From Octopus vulgaris (taxonomy: Eukaryota): DNA of 64,000 nucleotides. The stretch covers positions 61,876,001-61,940,000 of the forward strand of contig OX597833.1 of NCBI GenBank assembly GCA_951406725.2. Direction: 5' to 3'. The notes below the pieces were generated by a model. That model searched no databases. It saw nothing but the letters and a program-made list of their open reading frames with translations, and was not told where the DNA came from. Below, piece after piece: positions 24,541 through 36,260 of the stretch. Position 1 is the stretch's first letter, and every line of letters starts with the position of its first letter. A program made the position numbers and the translations under genes.

Positions 24541-25329
24541 TGGAACAACCGACTAATATAGCTACCACTATTTTAGGAAGTGCCCACACAATACTTCTTC
24601 GAGTTGTGTCCATTCAGTTATTATTTTTTTCTTTTTCTAGGTTTTTGGTGTTCTTTTGGGTTTTGTTATTGTTGTTGTTGTTTGCTTTCTTTTTATATAT
24701 TTTTACTTTGTTTCCTTTCTTCTCGCCTTTATATCCTTCCTCTCCTTCTAAAAAAGAGGGAAAAAACACACACGTACGTACGTACGTACGTACGGTGCTG
24801 ACCGCTTGTCTTGGACATAGTTAAGCCAATTCATAACACACACGCACATACTCACACACGTGTACGCACGTATACACGCTGTAATATACTGGTGATGGTA
24901 AATAATAGGTCTAAACCACTTTACAAAAGAGGTTCTCTTGCTCTCCTTTGCCTTTTGGTGTTTCCGTTGACATCAGTGGCAAGTGTTGCGTTGGCCATTC
25001 ATCGGCTGACGTTGATAGTTTGGAGGTAATTGGTTCACAAGTTTTGTTGTGGTCAAAGAATTGCAGGAAATACCCCCACTCTCTTTCTCCTTCAGTCTTT
25101 CTCTTTCAGTCTCTCTCTATCTCTTCCCAACTTTCCCTTTCTCTGTGTCCTTCTCTCCGGCGAACACACCCTCGAGTAAAAAAGCAACGGTTGGCCACGT
25201 TTCATTCATAAATCTATATTTGGTCGTAGGAAACGAACTATCAAATAATTGATAAAAAAAAAAAGCCAGCTGGGATTGTGACAACTTATACTAGTATTAC
25301 TATGAAATTTGTTAGGAAATAAATAAATA

Positions 25330-26658
25330 ACTAAACACAAAATAAATAGCTATACATACACATACATACACATACATACACATACATACACATACATACA
25401 CATACATACACATGCACATTCATAAATTCAACTACATACAACAACAACCCACGACCAACCGCGACCACCCACGACCTGATTCAACAACTTTGTATTTGGA
25501 ACGTACGTATGGTCACAGGAAATGACCTTGCGAATGAAGAGGTCATAACAATGGGAAGTAGGATTTTATTTTAAGGGATATTGTTAAAAATGTGGTCGAC
25601 ACATTACATACATACATACATACATACATACATGCATACATACATAATACATACATACATACATGCATACATACATACATACATACATACATACATACAT
25701 AATACATACATACATACATGCATGCATGCATACATACATACATACATACATACATACATACATACATTCATACATACATGCATGCATACATACATACATA
25801 CATACATACATACATACATACATGCATGCATACATACATACATTCATACATACATACATACATGCATACATACATACATACATACATGCATACATACATA
25901 CATACATGCATGCATACATACATACATACATACATACATACATACATACATACATACATACATACATACATACATACATACATACATACATACATACATG
26001 CACGTATGCATCGGAAGATTACTTCGCCAACACGTGCGGTTTGAACAACCTCTGACAGTTGATAAAAAAAAGGTTTAGTTCAATGTACATTATTACGTTA
26101 TTTAAAGAATATTATATTTAAAAGAAAAAAATATGGAAAAAGAGGGACAAAGGAAGAAAAAGAAAAGCGAAATGTTATGTCCAATTTTGTATTACTTCGG
26201 TACAACTTTCGTGTGCATGTATGTATGTACGTACGTTCGTATGTATATCATTTTTCAGTTTTATTTCATGATTTCATATGTATGTATGCATGTATGTATG
26301 TATGTATGTATGTATGTATGTATGTATGTATGTATGTATGTATGTTTGTGTGTATGTATGTATATATGTATGTATGTATGTATGTATGAATGTATGTATA
26401 TATGTATGTATGCATGTATGCATGCATGTATGTGTATGTATGTATGTATAAATGTATGTATGTATGTATGTATGGATGGATGTATGCATGTATGTATGCA
26501 TGTATGTATGTATGTGTATGTATGTATGTTTGTGTGTATGTGTGTATTTATGTATGCATGTATGTATGCATGTATGTGTATGCATGTATGTTTGTGTGCA
26601 TGTATGTTTGTGTGTATGTATGTATGACTGTATGTATGTATGTATGTATGTATGTATG

Positions 26659-26689
<31 letters not shown>

Positions 26690-26690
26690 G
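25330..26690. repeat. (CATA)n arrays (25330-26005) and an oppositely oriented (TATG)n array (26215-26690)
   Basis: Seen directly. Confidence 0.95.
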
Positions 26691-26959
26691 TCATTATTCA
26701 GTTATATTTCAAGATTTCTTGCCAATAAAGAAAGATCCGGTTTCTAACCTAGATCCAAGGCTCCTTCATTGGAATTTCAAAATCAACAGGATATTTTTGC
26801 ATGTATATGTGTGTACGTACAATATTTGAAGTCAGTGCGTGTGCAAAATTGTACGTTTTGTTTTATGCATGTTTTCTCATGCATATAGTTGCATATCTAG
26901 ACATGCGCATATTTACTTAAATGATAAACCTTTGGAATGATTTACAGATTTTTACAGTT

Positions 26960-27900
26960 CCAATGATGGCTTGGATTTGTAGTCTTCGAATCCGCTTTCT
27001 CCTTTCTGGTTTTGAGAAGCCAAATTTCTCTGTTTTTACTGATCTTCAGCTTTATGTTAACATCCACTGAGAAGCTAATTTCTATAACTGTGCACAGTTT
27101 CTCTTCTCTATCCTTAATCATTATATCAGGCCTGTTGTGCTTACATTTCATTGAGGTCTTCACTGGTACACTCCACCAGTATTTCTTTTTATTATGAGTG
27201 GGTATGACTTCCACCATACTGTGGGTTCTTATTTCTTTCTCCTCAGTGTTATCCTTCCGACGTGGAGGCGCAATGGCCCAGTGGTTAAGGCAGCGAACTC
27301 GCGGTCATAGGATCGCGGTTTCGATTCCCAGACCAGGTGTTGTGAGTGTTTATTGAGCGAAAACACCTAAAAGCTCCACGAGGCTCCGGCAGGGGATGGT
27401 GGTGATCCCTGCTGTACTCTTTCACCACAACTTTCTCTCACTCTTACTTCCTGTTCCTGTTGTACCTGTATTTCAAAAGGGCCAGCCTTGTCACTCTCTG
27501 TGTCACGCTGAATATCCCCGAGAACTACGTTAAGGGTGCACGTGTCTGTGGAGTGCTCAGCCACTTACACGTTAATTTCACGAGCAGGCTGTGCCGTTGA
27601 TTCGGATCAACCGGAACTCTCATCGTCGTAACCGACGGAGTGCTTCCATCCATCCTTCCGACGGATTTCATTATAGAGTGCCCTAGCTACAACATCATGT
27701 CTCATCAATAGATAATACCGTGATGGCATTTTCGATCAACTGCTTATTATGTGGGTGATATCTTCAGTGTGAAATCCACAAAGTCACATTTTACGGCTTT
27801 TCCTGCATCTCTATCCCTTTTGTGCATCAGGAACTTGGTTGATATTTCCTGTTCCTGGATTGCAAACGTATACCCTTCAAAGTGAGAGGTAGTACTCCGG
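26960..27900 (-). mobile_element. R4-like non-LTR retrotransposon 3' fragment (CCHC plus restriction-like endonuclease), split by a SINE
   Basis: HFEGYTFAIQEQEISTK...CGFHTEDITHIISS..RHDVVARALY, then YWWSVPVKTSMKCKHNRPDIMIKDREEKLCTVIEIS (REL RPD..E motif). Confidence 0.8.
27263..27651 (+). mobile_element. tRNA-derived SINE (GGAGGCGCAATGG head), tail type C
   Basis: 12-bp TSD atccttccgacg (27251-27262 and 27652-27663); tail shared with the CORE SINE at 10779. Confidence 0.9.
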
Positions 27901-27902
27901 CT

Positions 27903-28010
27903 TATGTATGTATGTATGTATGTATGTATGTATGTATGTATGTATGTATGTATGTATGTATGTATGTATGTATGTATGTATTTATGTATGTATGTATGTG
28001 TGCATGTATG

Positions 28011-28044
<34 letters not shown>

Positions 28045-28900
28045 TGTATGTATGTATGTATGTATGTATGTACGTATGTATGTCTGTCTGTCTGTATGTA
28101 TGTATATATGCATGTGCGTGTGTGTGTTTGTATGTAAGTATGTATGTATATTATAAATGTTAAATTGAGTTCGTTTCAAAGCGAGCTAACGTTTTCTGTT
28201 TAAGTGACTCAAGAGTTGCGTCAAATTTATTTTAAAATCGCAAATAACACACAATTTACAATTTTACAGACCAGACGTATTTTACGCATACATGCATACG
28301 TGCGCGCACATACACACATACATACACATACATGCACACATACATACATACATACTTACATACATACATACACACATACATACATACATACATACATACA
28401 TACATACATACATGCATAATACACACACACAAATACATACATACATACATACACATACACAAATACATACATGCATACATACACATACACAAATACATAC
28501 ATGCATACATACACACATACATACTTATATACACATACACAGATACATACATACATACATACATACACACATACATACGCACATACATACATACATACAT
28601 GCATCCATACGTACATACATACATACACACATACATGCACACATAAATACATACATACATACATACATACATACATACACACATACATGCATACATAAAT
28701 ACATACCCACATACATACACACACACATACATGCACACATACATACATACGTGCATACAAACATACATACATACACACACACACACATACATGCACACAT
28801 ACATACGTACACACATACATACATACATACATACATACATAAATACACACACACACACACACATACATACATACACTGACACGTGCATGCACAAATAAAG
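27903..28900. repeat. Opposed (TATG)n and (CATA)n arrays
   Basis: Seen directly. Confidence 0.95.
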
Positions 28901-29475
28901 ACTGACAAAATTAAACACATCAACGAATTGCTTCGGTCAAATCTTACCGGAAGTTGATATCAGTTCATCTACGCAACTCATCCCCTGGTGTAGATTCTTA
29001 TCAGTTCTTGGGGAAATCCTCTCCTTCCCTCCCACTTTCTCTCCTCCTCCAAGACCCTCATCATCTTCCTCATCCTCATCTTCGTCTTCTCTCCCCTCTC
29101 TCCTACGCTGAATGACACAGTTTCAGGAAGGTTCGTCTTGTGAGTCACTTCGCTTCTCTAAATAATTTCAGTGATTCTGAGTTCTTGAAGAGAAAAAAAT
29201 CGCAATCGCCCTCACCACTTTCTACTCCCACCCCAAACATCAGTGTTTGATAGAAAATTCCGTCCTGTCACCGAGTTGTCATATCTGCGTCCATAGCAAA
29301 CACTCTTCACTTTATCATGATTTGGGCGATTTTTTTTTTGTCAGAAAAAAGCTAGAACCAGATAAAGTGCAACCCCCATAAAAGCGCCACCCGGGGCAGA
29401 CCGTCCTCCACGCTCCATTCTAGCTGTTTTACAGCATCTCCCCCGCCACCACACACACACATATATCCATGTTCT

Positions 29476-29892
29476 TATTTCTTTATTGCCCACAAGGGGC
29501 TAAACACAGAGGGGACAAACAAGGACAGACAAAGGGATTAAGCCGATTAGATCGACCCCAGTGCGTAACTAGTACTTAATTTATCAACCCCGAAAGGATG
29601 AAAGGCAAAGTCGACCTCGGCGGAATTTGAACTCAGAACGAAACGGCAGACGAAATACCTATTTCTTTACTACACACAAGGGGTCAAATATAGAAGGGAC
29701 AAACAAGGACAGACAAACGGATTAAGTCGATTATATTGACCCCAGTGCGTAACTGGTACTTATTTAATTGATCCCGAAAGGATGAAAGGCAAAGTCGACC
29801 TCGGTGGAATTTGAACTCAGTACGTAACGGCAGACGAAATACCGCTAAGCATTTCGCCCGGCGTGCTAACGTTTCTGCCAGTTCGCTGCCTT
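29476..29892 (-). mobile_element. Dimeric Meta-domain-like tRNA SINE
   Basis: Same dimer junction as at 20342; 13-bp TSD atatccatgttct (29463-29475 and 29897-29909). Confidence 0.9.
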
Positions 29893-30659
29893 ACACATAT
29901 CCATGTTCTGACATAGACGTACCTGACAACACTGTCCATTGGGTCTTCGTATAATGTATATAAAGCAAACATCTTCATCGTTGTTTATGCCTCTTCCAAG
30001 CTACATTCATGGCTTTGAAAACCTCGAAGCGCACGTCAGTTTTCCAAACTTTCGTAAGACGTTTTTGCCCATTTGATCATTAAATCTTCAGAATTTTTAC
30101 CAACCTTATTAGCCCCAATCAATTTCACATGTTCTTTTGTTTATTTTAAATTTATTTTAAAGTCGCAGACAACACATATTTTACAATATTATTTACTTGT
30201 GTCTGCGGAGAGTCATTATCTTCTTTTTGTGCCTTATAATGTAACACACTCACCGGTAAAATTTCCACTTATTTCTTATTTTTATTTTCCTAAAAATTTC
30301 GTTGCGTCTTGCAACCTTTACACACATACATACGTGCATGCATGCATAGCCACACACACACACACACACACACACACATGCGCACGAACAAACAAAAAAG
30401 GAACGCAGTGTAAATAACGAACAGAGTCACGGCTATTGAAAAGGTTGCAAGACGCAACGAAAGTTTTAGGAAAATAAAAATAAGAAATAAGTGGAAATTT
30501 TACCGGTGTGTTAAATTATAAGGCACAAAAAGAAAATGACTCTCCCCAGACACAACGGAAAATGCTTCAACACACGAACTCATATAAAAAATCTTGCAAA
30601 CCAAATCCAAAAACGAAATATTATTTACATTTATGCTTGCATACTTATACATGCACGCT

Positions 30660-30872
30660 TGCATATATACAGTCGCCATGATAGATCGGTAGCCACTACA
30701 AACATTTTTTTCTCTCCTTGTTTTCTTTCTGTGTTCCTTTCTGCAGAAGAGCCTAGGCTCGAAACGTAAAAGACTTTTTTCAATTCCTGAGCGTTATACT
30801 AATACATCTGTTTGTTTTCTACACCACCTGTCTTCGTCTTTTGTTGTTTTTGTTTTCGTGAATTCTCCCTAT
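30660..30872 (+). mobile_element. Penelope-like terminal repeat (pseudo-LTR) with a minimal hammerhead-like motif
   Basis: CTGCAGA-AGAG-CCTAGG-CTC-GAAACGTA-AAAGAC; inverted copies at 33525-33705, 33910-34115 and 49292-49490 (the last near a Penelope RT fragment). Confidence 0.6.
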
Positions 30873-30891
30873 ATACACGTTTAGATGCATA

Positions 30892-32041
30892 GGAGGCGCG
30901 TTCAAAAAAGTATCCTACTTTATTTTTTCCCGCCAAAGCTAATGCCGCGTGGGGAAAATCCTTTTGGGCGGGAAGTGGTTACATCCTTCTTGCGCATTCG
31001 GGAAAATTTTCACGCCCGTAGGCCGCATCAATTCCTATCGATCACGCCTAGCGTACAGACGTACAGTGCGCGCTTGTCGAGTTTTCGTTTTCGTGCTAAA
31101 TGGCCGAACGCATCGAGCAGATACCATAAATCCGTATTTCATCACCGGTGATGATGGGATTCGTGAAGTCTGGGTGGTGATTTGCACAGTCCAGCATGTC
31201 CTGAGCGAAATCCATGCGGAGTTGTTTCGGCCCCTTTGGGGCTGTGGCGTATGCGGGAGATTTGAAATAAAGACACCTACATTCTCTTCGTCGACGCAGA
31301 CCTCTCCGGTGGTAACGCACCCTTTCACGTGGCCCGACCCGAACGCTAAAAATAGCAGCTGCTTTTCCCTTACCTTGACGAAGCGCTCACACGTCCAGCT
31401 CTGTCGGTTACCCCAATCGAAAAAGCCCTCCCTTGCCTGCGCGCGCGTCATTCCAGCCCCTTCCCCTTCCGGTCAGCCCCAAGTTCCGGTCAGCTCCCAG
31501 CTTCTGACGTCATCCTACAGGGGCGAAATTCGCCGACACTCTCTGCATGCACAAATCCGCTATTAAAATGGAAGGCACTGATCTTCTGCTTATTTCCAAA
31601 CCGTGAGTAATTTCCTTGGTTGTAACACGACGATCTTCCATTCGCTGAATTTTCCCAATCAGCTGTCGACCTCCTGTCCGAGCGTGTCTCGCTCTCTACA
31701 GAGAGATGCGACCATATTTGAAGCGCTTGTACAACTCCTTCATCTGAGTTATTCCTATAGCAAAATGGCCAAAGGCCTGCTGAATCTTGAGTATGGACTG
31801 AGATTGAGAACCATCAGGCTTTTGGGGAAAACTTGATGCAATATTTCTGCTCGGTGCGTTCGGTGAAAATGAAAATCCGACGTGCGCGCACTACACGTCT
31901 GCACTTCTAGCCGTGACCACCGCAAAAAATTTACACATTTGCACATGAAGGGTGGCGTCGCCACCCAACCAAAGAATGTTGCCCTCGTTGCATTAGTTAT
32001 GGCGAGGAAAATAAAGGTGGATACTTTTTGAATGCACCTCG
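30892..32041 (-). mobile_element. Chimeric non-autonomous mariner with a captured insert
   Basis: TIRs (G)GAGGCGCGTTCAAAAAAGTATCC / GGATACTTTTTGAATGCACCTCG. Minus-strand transposase remnants ERTEQKYCIKF..KIQQAFG..GITQMKELYKRFKYGR and KQLRMDFAQDMLDCANHHPDFTNPIITGDEIRIYG; plus-strand MAERIEQ at ~31100. Confidence 0.85.
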
Positions 32042-32045
32042 TGCC

Positions 32046-32078
<33 letters not shown>

Positions 32079-32778
32079 ACACACACATACACGCATGCAC
32101 ACACACAAGCACACGCACACACACATACATGCACTCACGTATATACACAAATGGCAAAATTAAATACATCAACGAATTGTTTCGGTCAAATCTTACCGGA
32201 AGTTGATATCAGTTCATCTACGCAACTCATCTCCTGGTGTAGATTCTTATCAGTTATTGGGGAAATCCTCTCCTTACCTCCCGCTTTCTCTCCTCTCCCC
32301 CTCATCATCTTCTTCATCCTCATCTTCTCTCCCCTCTCTCCTACGCTGAATGACACAGTTTCAGGAAGGTTGGTCATGTGAGTCATTTCGCTTCTCTAAA
32401 TAATTTCAGTGATTCTGAGTTCTTGAAGAGAAAAAAATCGCAATCGCCCTCACCACTTTCCATTCCCACCCCGTACATCAGTGTTTGATAGAAAGTTCCG
32501 TCCTGTCACCGAGTTGTCATATCTGCGTCCATAGCAAACACTCTTCACTTTATCATGATTTGGTCGTTTTTTTTTTTTTTTGTCAGAAAAAAGCTAGAAC
32601 CAGATAAAATGCAACCCCCATAAAAGCCCCACCCGGGGCAGACCGACCTCCACGCTTCATTCTAGCTGTTTTACAGCATCTTCCTCGCCCCCCCCCCCCC
32701 CACACACACACATATCCATGTTCTTATTTCTTTATTGTCCCCTCTGTGTTTAGCCCCTTGTGGGTATTAAAGAAATAG

Positions 32779-33507
32779 GTTTGGAAATAAGCACAAGATC
32801 AGTGCCTTCCATTTTAATAGCGGATTTGTGCATGCAGAGAGTGTCGGCGAATTTCGCCCCTGCGGGATAACGTCAGCAGCTGGGGAGCGGACCGGAACTT
32901 GGGGCTGACCGGAAGAGGAAGGGGCTGGAGTGACACGCGCGCAGGCAGGGGAGCATTGGGCCTTTTCGATTGGGGTAACCGACAGAGCTGGACGTGAGAG
33001 CGCTTCGTCAAGGTAAGGGAAAAGCAGCTGCTATTTTTAGCGTTCGGGTCGGGCCACGTGGAAGGGTGCGTTACCACCGAGGAGGTCTGCGTCGACGAAT
33101 AGAAGGTAGGTACCTTTATTTCAAATCTCCCACATACACCACAGCTCCCAAGGTACTACTGGTGGAGCAGCCGAAACAACTTCGGCATGGATCTCGCTCA
33201 GGACATGCTAGACTATGCAAATCACCACCCAGACTTCATGAATCCCCTCATCACTGATGATGAAATACGGATTTATGGTATCTGCTCGATGCGTTCGGCA
33301 ATCTTGCACGAAAACGAAAACTCGACAAGCACGCACTGTACGTCTGTACGCTAGGCTTAATCGATAGGAATTGATGCGGCCTACGGGCGTAAAAATTTTC
33401 CCGAATGCGCAAGAAGGATGTAACCACTTCCCACCCAAAAGGATTTTCCCGCGCGGCATTAGCTTTGGCGGGAAACAACAAAGTCAGATTTTTTTTAACG
33501 CACCTCC
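32779..33507 (+). mobile_element. Inverted partial copy of the chimeric mariner
   Basis: Reverse complement of 30892-31601; most of the remaining part lies at 34153-34457 in the original orientation. Confidence 0.85.
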
Positions 33508-36194
33508 TATGCATCTATACATGTATATAGGGATAATTCACGAAAAAAACAAAAGACGAAGACAGGTGGCGTACAAAACAAACAGATGTATAAGTATAAG
33601 GCTCAGGAATAGAAAAAGTCTTTTACGTTTCGCGCCTACGCTCTTCTGCGGAAAGGAACACAGAAAGAAACAAGGAGAGAAAAAAATGTGTGTAGTGGCT
33701 ATATATATATTTTTTCTAGTTTCAGCTCAGAGCTGCGGCCATGCTGATGCACCGCCGTTTGTTGATTATATCGACTCCAGTGCGTAACTGGTACTTAATT
33801 TATTGACCCCGAAAGGATGAAAGGCAAAGTCGACCTCGGCGGAATTTGAACTCAGAACGTAACGGTAGACGAAATACTGCTAAGCATTTCGCCCGAGTCT
33901 GTCAGTTCGGGAGAGTTTACGAGAAAAACAAAAGACGAAGACAGGTGGTGTACAAAACAAACAGATGTATAAGTATAACGCTCAGGAATTGAAAAAGTCT
34001 TTTACGTTTCGAGCCTACGCTCTTCTGCAGAAAGGAACACAGAAAGAAACAAGGAGAGAAACAAAGAGAGAAAAGAAATGTGTATAGTGGCTACCGATCT
34101 ATCATGGCGACTGTATATATGCAAGCGTGCAAGCATAAATGTAAATAATATTTCCTTCATCTGAGTTATGCCGATAGCATCATGGCCAAAGGCTTGCTGA
34201 ATCTTAAGGATGGACTGGGCTTGAAAACCACCAGATTTGGGGAAAACTTGATGCAATATTTCTGCTCGGTGCGTTCGGTGAAAACGAAAATCCGACGTGC
34301 GCGCACTACACGTCTGCACTTCTAGCCTTGACCACCGCAAAAAATTTACACGTTTGCACAGGAAGGGTGGCGTCGCCTCCCAACCAAAGAATTTTTACCC
34401 TCGTTGCATTAGTTATGGCGAGGAAAATAAAGGTGGATACTTTTTGAATGTACCTCGTGCACTCACACACACACACACTCACACACACTCACACACACGC
34501 ACGCATACGCACACGCACAGACATACGCACGCACACACATACATACATGCACTCACGTGCATACAGAGATGGCAGAACGAATTGCTTCGGTCAAATCTTA
34601 CCGGAAGTTGATATCAGTTCATCTACGCAACTCATCTCCTGGTGTAGATTCTTATCAGTTCTTGGGGAAATCCTCTCCTTCCCTCCCGCTTTCTCTCTTC
34701 CTCCTCCCCCTCATCATCTTCTTCATCCTCATCTTCTCTCCCCTCTCTCCTACGCTGAATGACACAGTTTCAGGAAGGTTGGTCATGTGAGTCATTTCGC
34801 TTCTCTAAATAATTTCAACGATCTTGAGTTCCTGAAGGAGAATCGCAATCGCCCTCACTACTTTACACCCCACCCGAAACATCTGTGTTTGACAGAAAAT
34901 TCCGTCCTGTCACTGAGATGACATATCTGTGTCCACAGCAAAGACTCTTCACTTTATCAAGATTTGGTCGATTTTTATCAGAAAAGGCTAGAACCAGATA
35001 AAGTCATATACTAACTGGTTGAAGACACAAAGTTGTACACAAGAAGTGCGTTGTAATTCGCTTGAAGCGTTGAAGTACAGAAAGTTTTTAAAACCTTTAT
35101 ATTTCGGGTGAAAAGACTTGTATCAGGAAGAATATTGTCAAAGAAATGCGTATTTACATAGATCCTGTCGTTTTCTGCATTATGAGAATCTTTTCTTATT
35201 TCCCATTTCATATGTTAAAGTTGTATACGTTACGCTGCAACCAGCTGGAAGCTAAGAATGAATCCCGTGGAACGGTTAAATTTCCCAGATTAGATTATAT
35301 CAACAACACTCCACTCAGACTTAGGAGTCTTCTCAAATGCTAAAAAAACAGGTAATTATGTGGGGACTGACTGTGTCCTTATAGGAACGCATAGACGAGG
35401 TTCATGGGAGAGGAGCTTGCCAGATACGAGGAATCGGTGGAGCAATTTTTATAATAGAATGATAGAATGTCTTACAAATATTTTTTGTTTATTCTATGTC
35501 AAACCATGCTCGACAGATAGGCCCTCTTGATCAGGACAGATTTGTGCAATTTTTCGCAAAAAACTTCGTTGAAGATTTTTTTTTTCTTTTTTAAAAATTA
35601 TTTACATGTCTGTTCGACGGTTTCACATGACTTTATTTATCAAAACTTAAAACTTCATCAGTTTTCAGAAATCGTCGTAATGCTGTGGTTCCCAGCATGT
35701 AGTCCGAAGACCCCCTGGTGGCCTGCAAAGGTAGTACTAGGGGTCCGTGAACATGTTAAGCTGACAGACCTTTCAATATGCTGGAGTCCATGGAAAAAAC
35801 ACATTTAAATAAAAGGGGTCCTTGGCAGTGAAAAGGTTGGGACCCACTGTCGTAATGCTTTGCTTTCTTCTGTTTAATAAAAATTCCTCCTCGTAATGAT
35901 TTTGCTTTCATTTTGTTATAGACAGCTATCAGGCAGAAAACGTCAGCTTCCAAATCCTGTTTTCTGATTAGGTAAAACTGATTAAATTTTAAACCTTAGT
36001 AATATTTTGCCACAATTTTCCTGAAACAAATAAATAAGAAAATCGGATTTAACGTGGAAAATTATTTCAATATACCAAATTTAGAAGTTTTTAGATAATT
36101 TTAAAATTTCCCAATATGTGACAGCAACAGGGAAGACCCTACAAAAGTAGAGAGACAGACAGCAGAACGACACACACACACATACAAGCAACAT

Positions 36195-36260
<66 letters not shown>

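Larger units (their letters stand above)
28905..35005. repeat. Local segmental triplication with an internal inversion
   Basis: A 450-550-bp module X lies at 28905-29460, 32150-32720 and 34575-35005. 32779-33705 is the inverse of 30690-31601; 34153-34460 is a direct copy of 31736-32045. Confidence 0.9.

Noticed and set aside
24976-25032. Possible ~50-nt plus-strand exon (CAG|...GAG|GTAATT)
   Set aside because: Only modest splice signals, no recognisable peptide and no supporting neighbouring exons.
30949-31566. 205-aa plus-strand ORF
   Set aside because: It crosses the mariner arm, the antisense transposase and the captured insert, and the frame is broken in the second copy (32814-33459).
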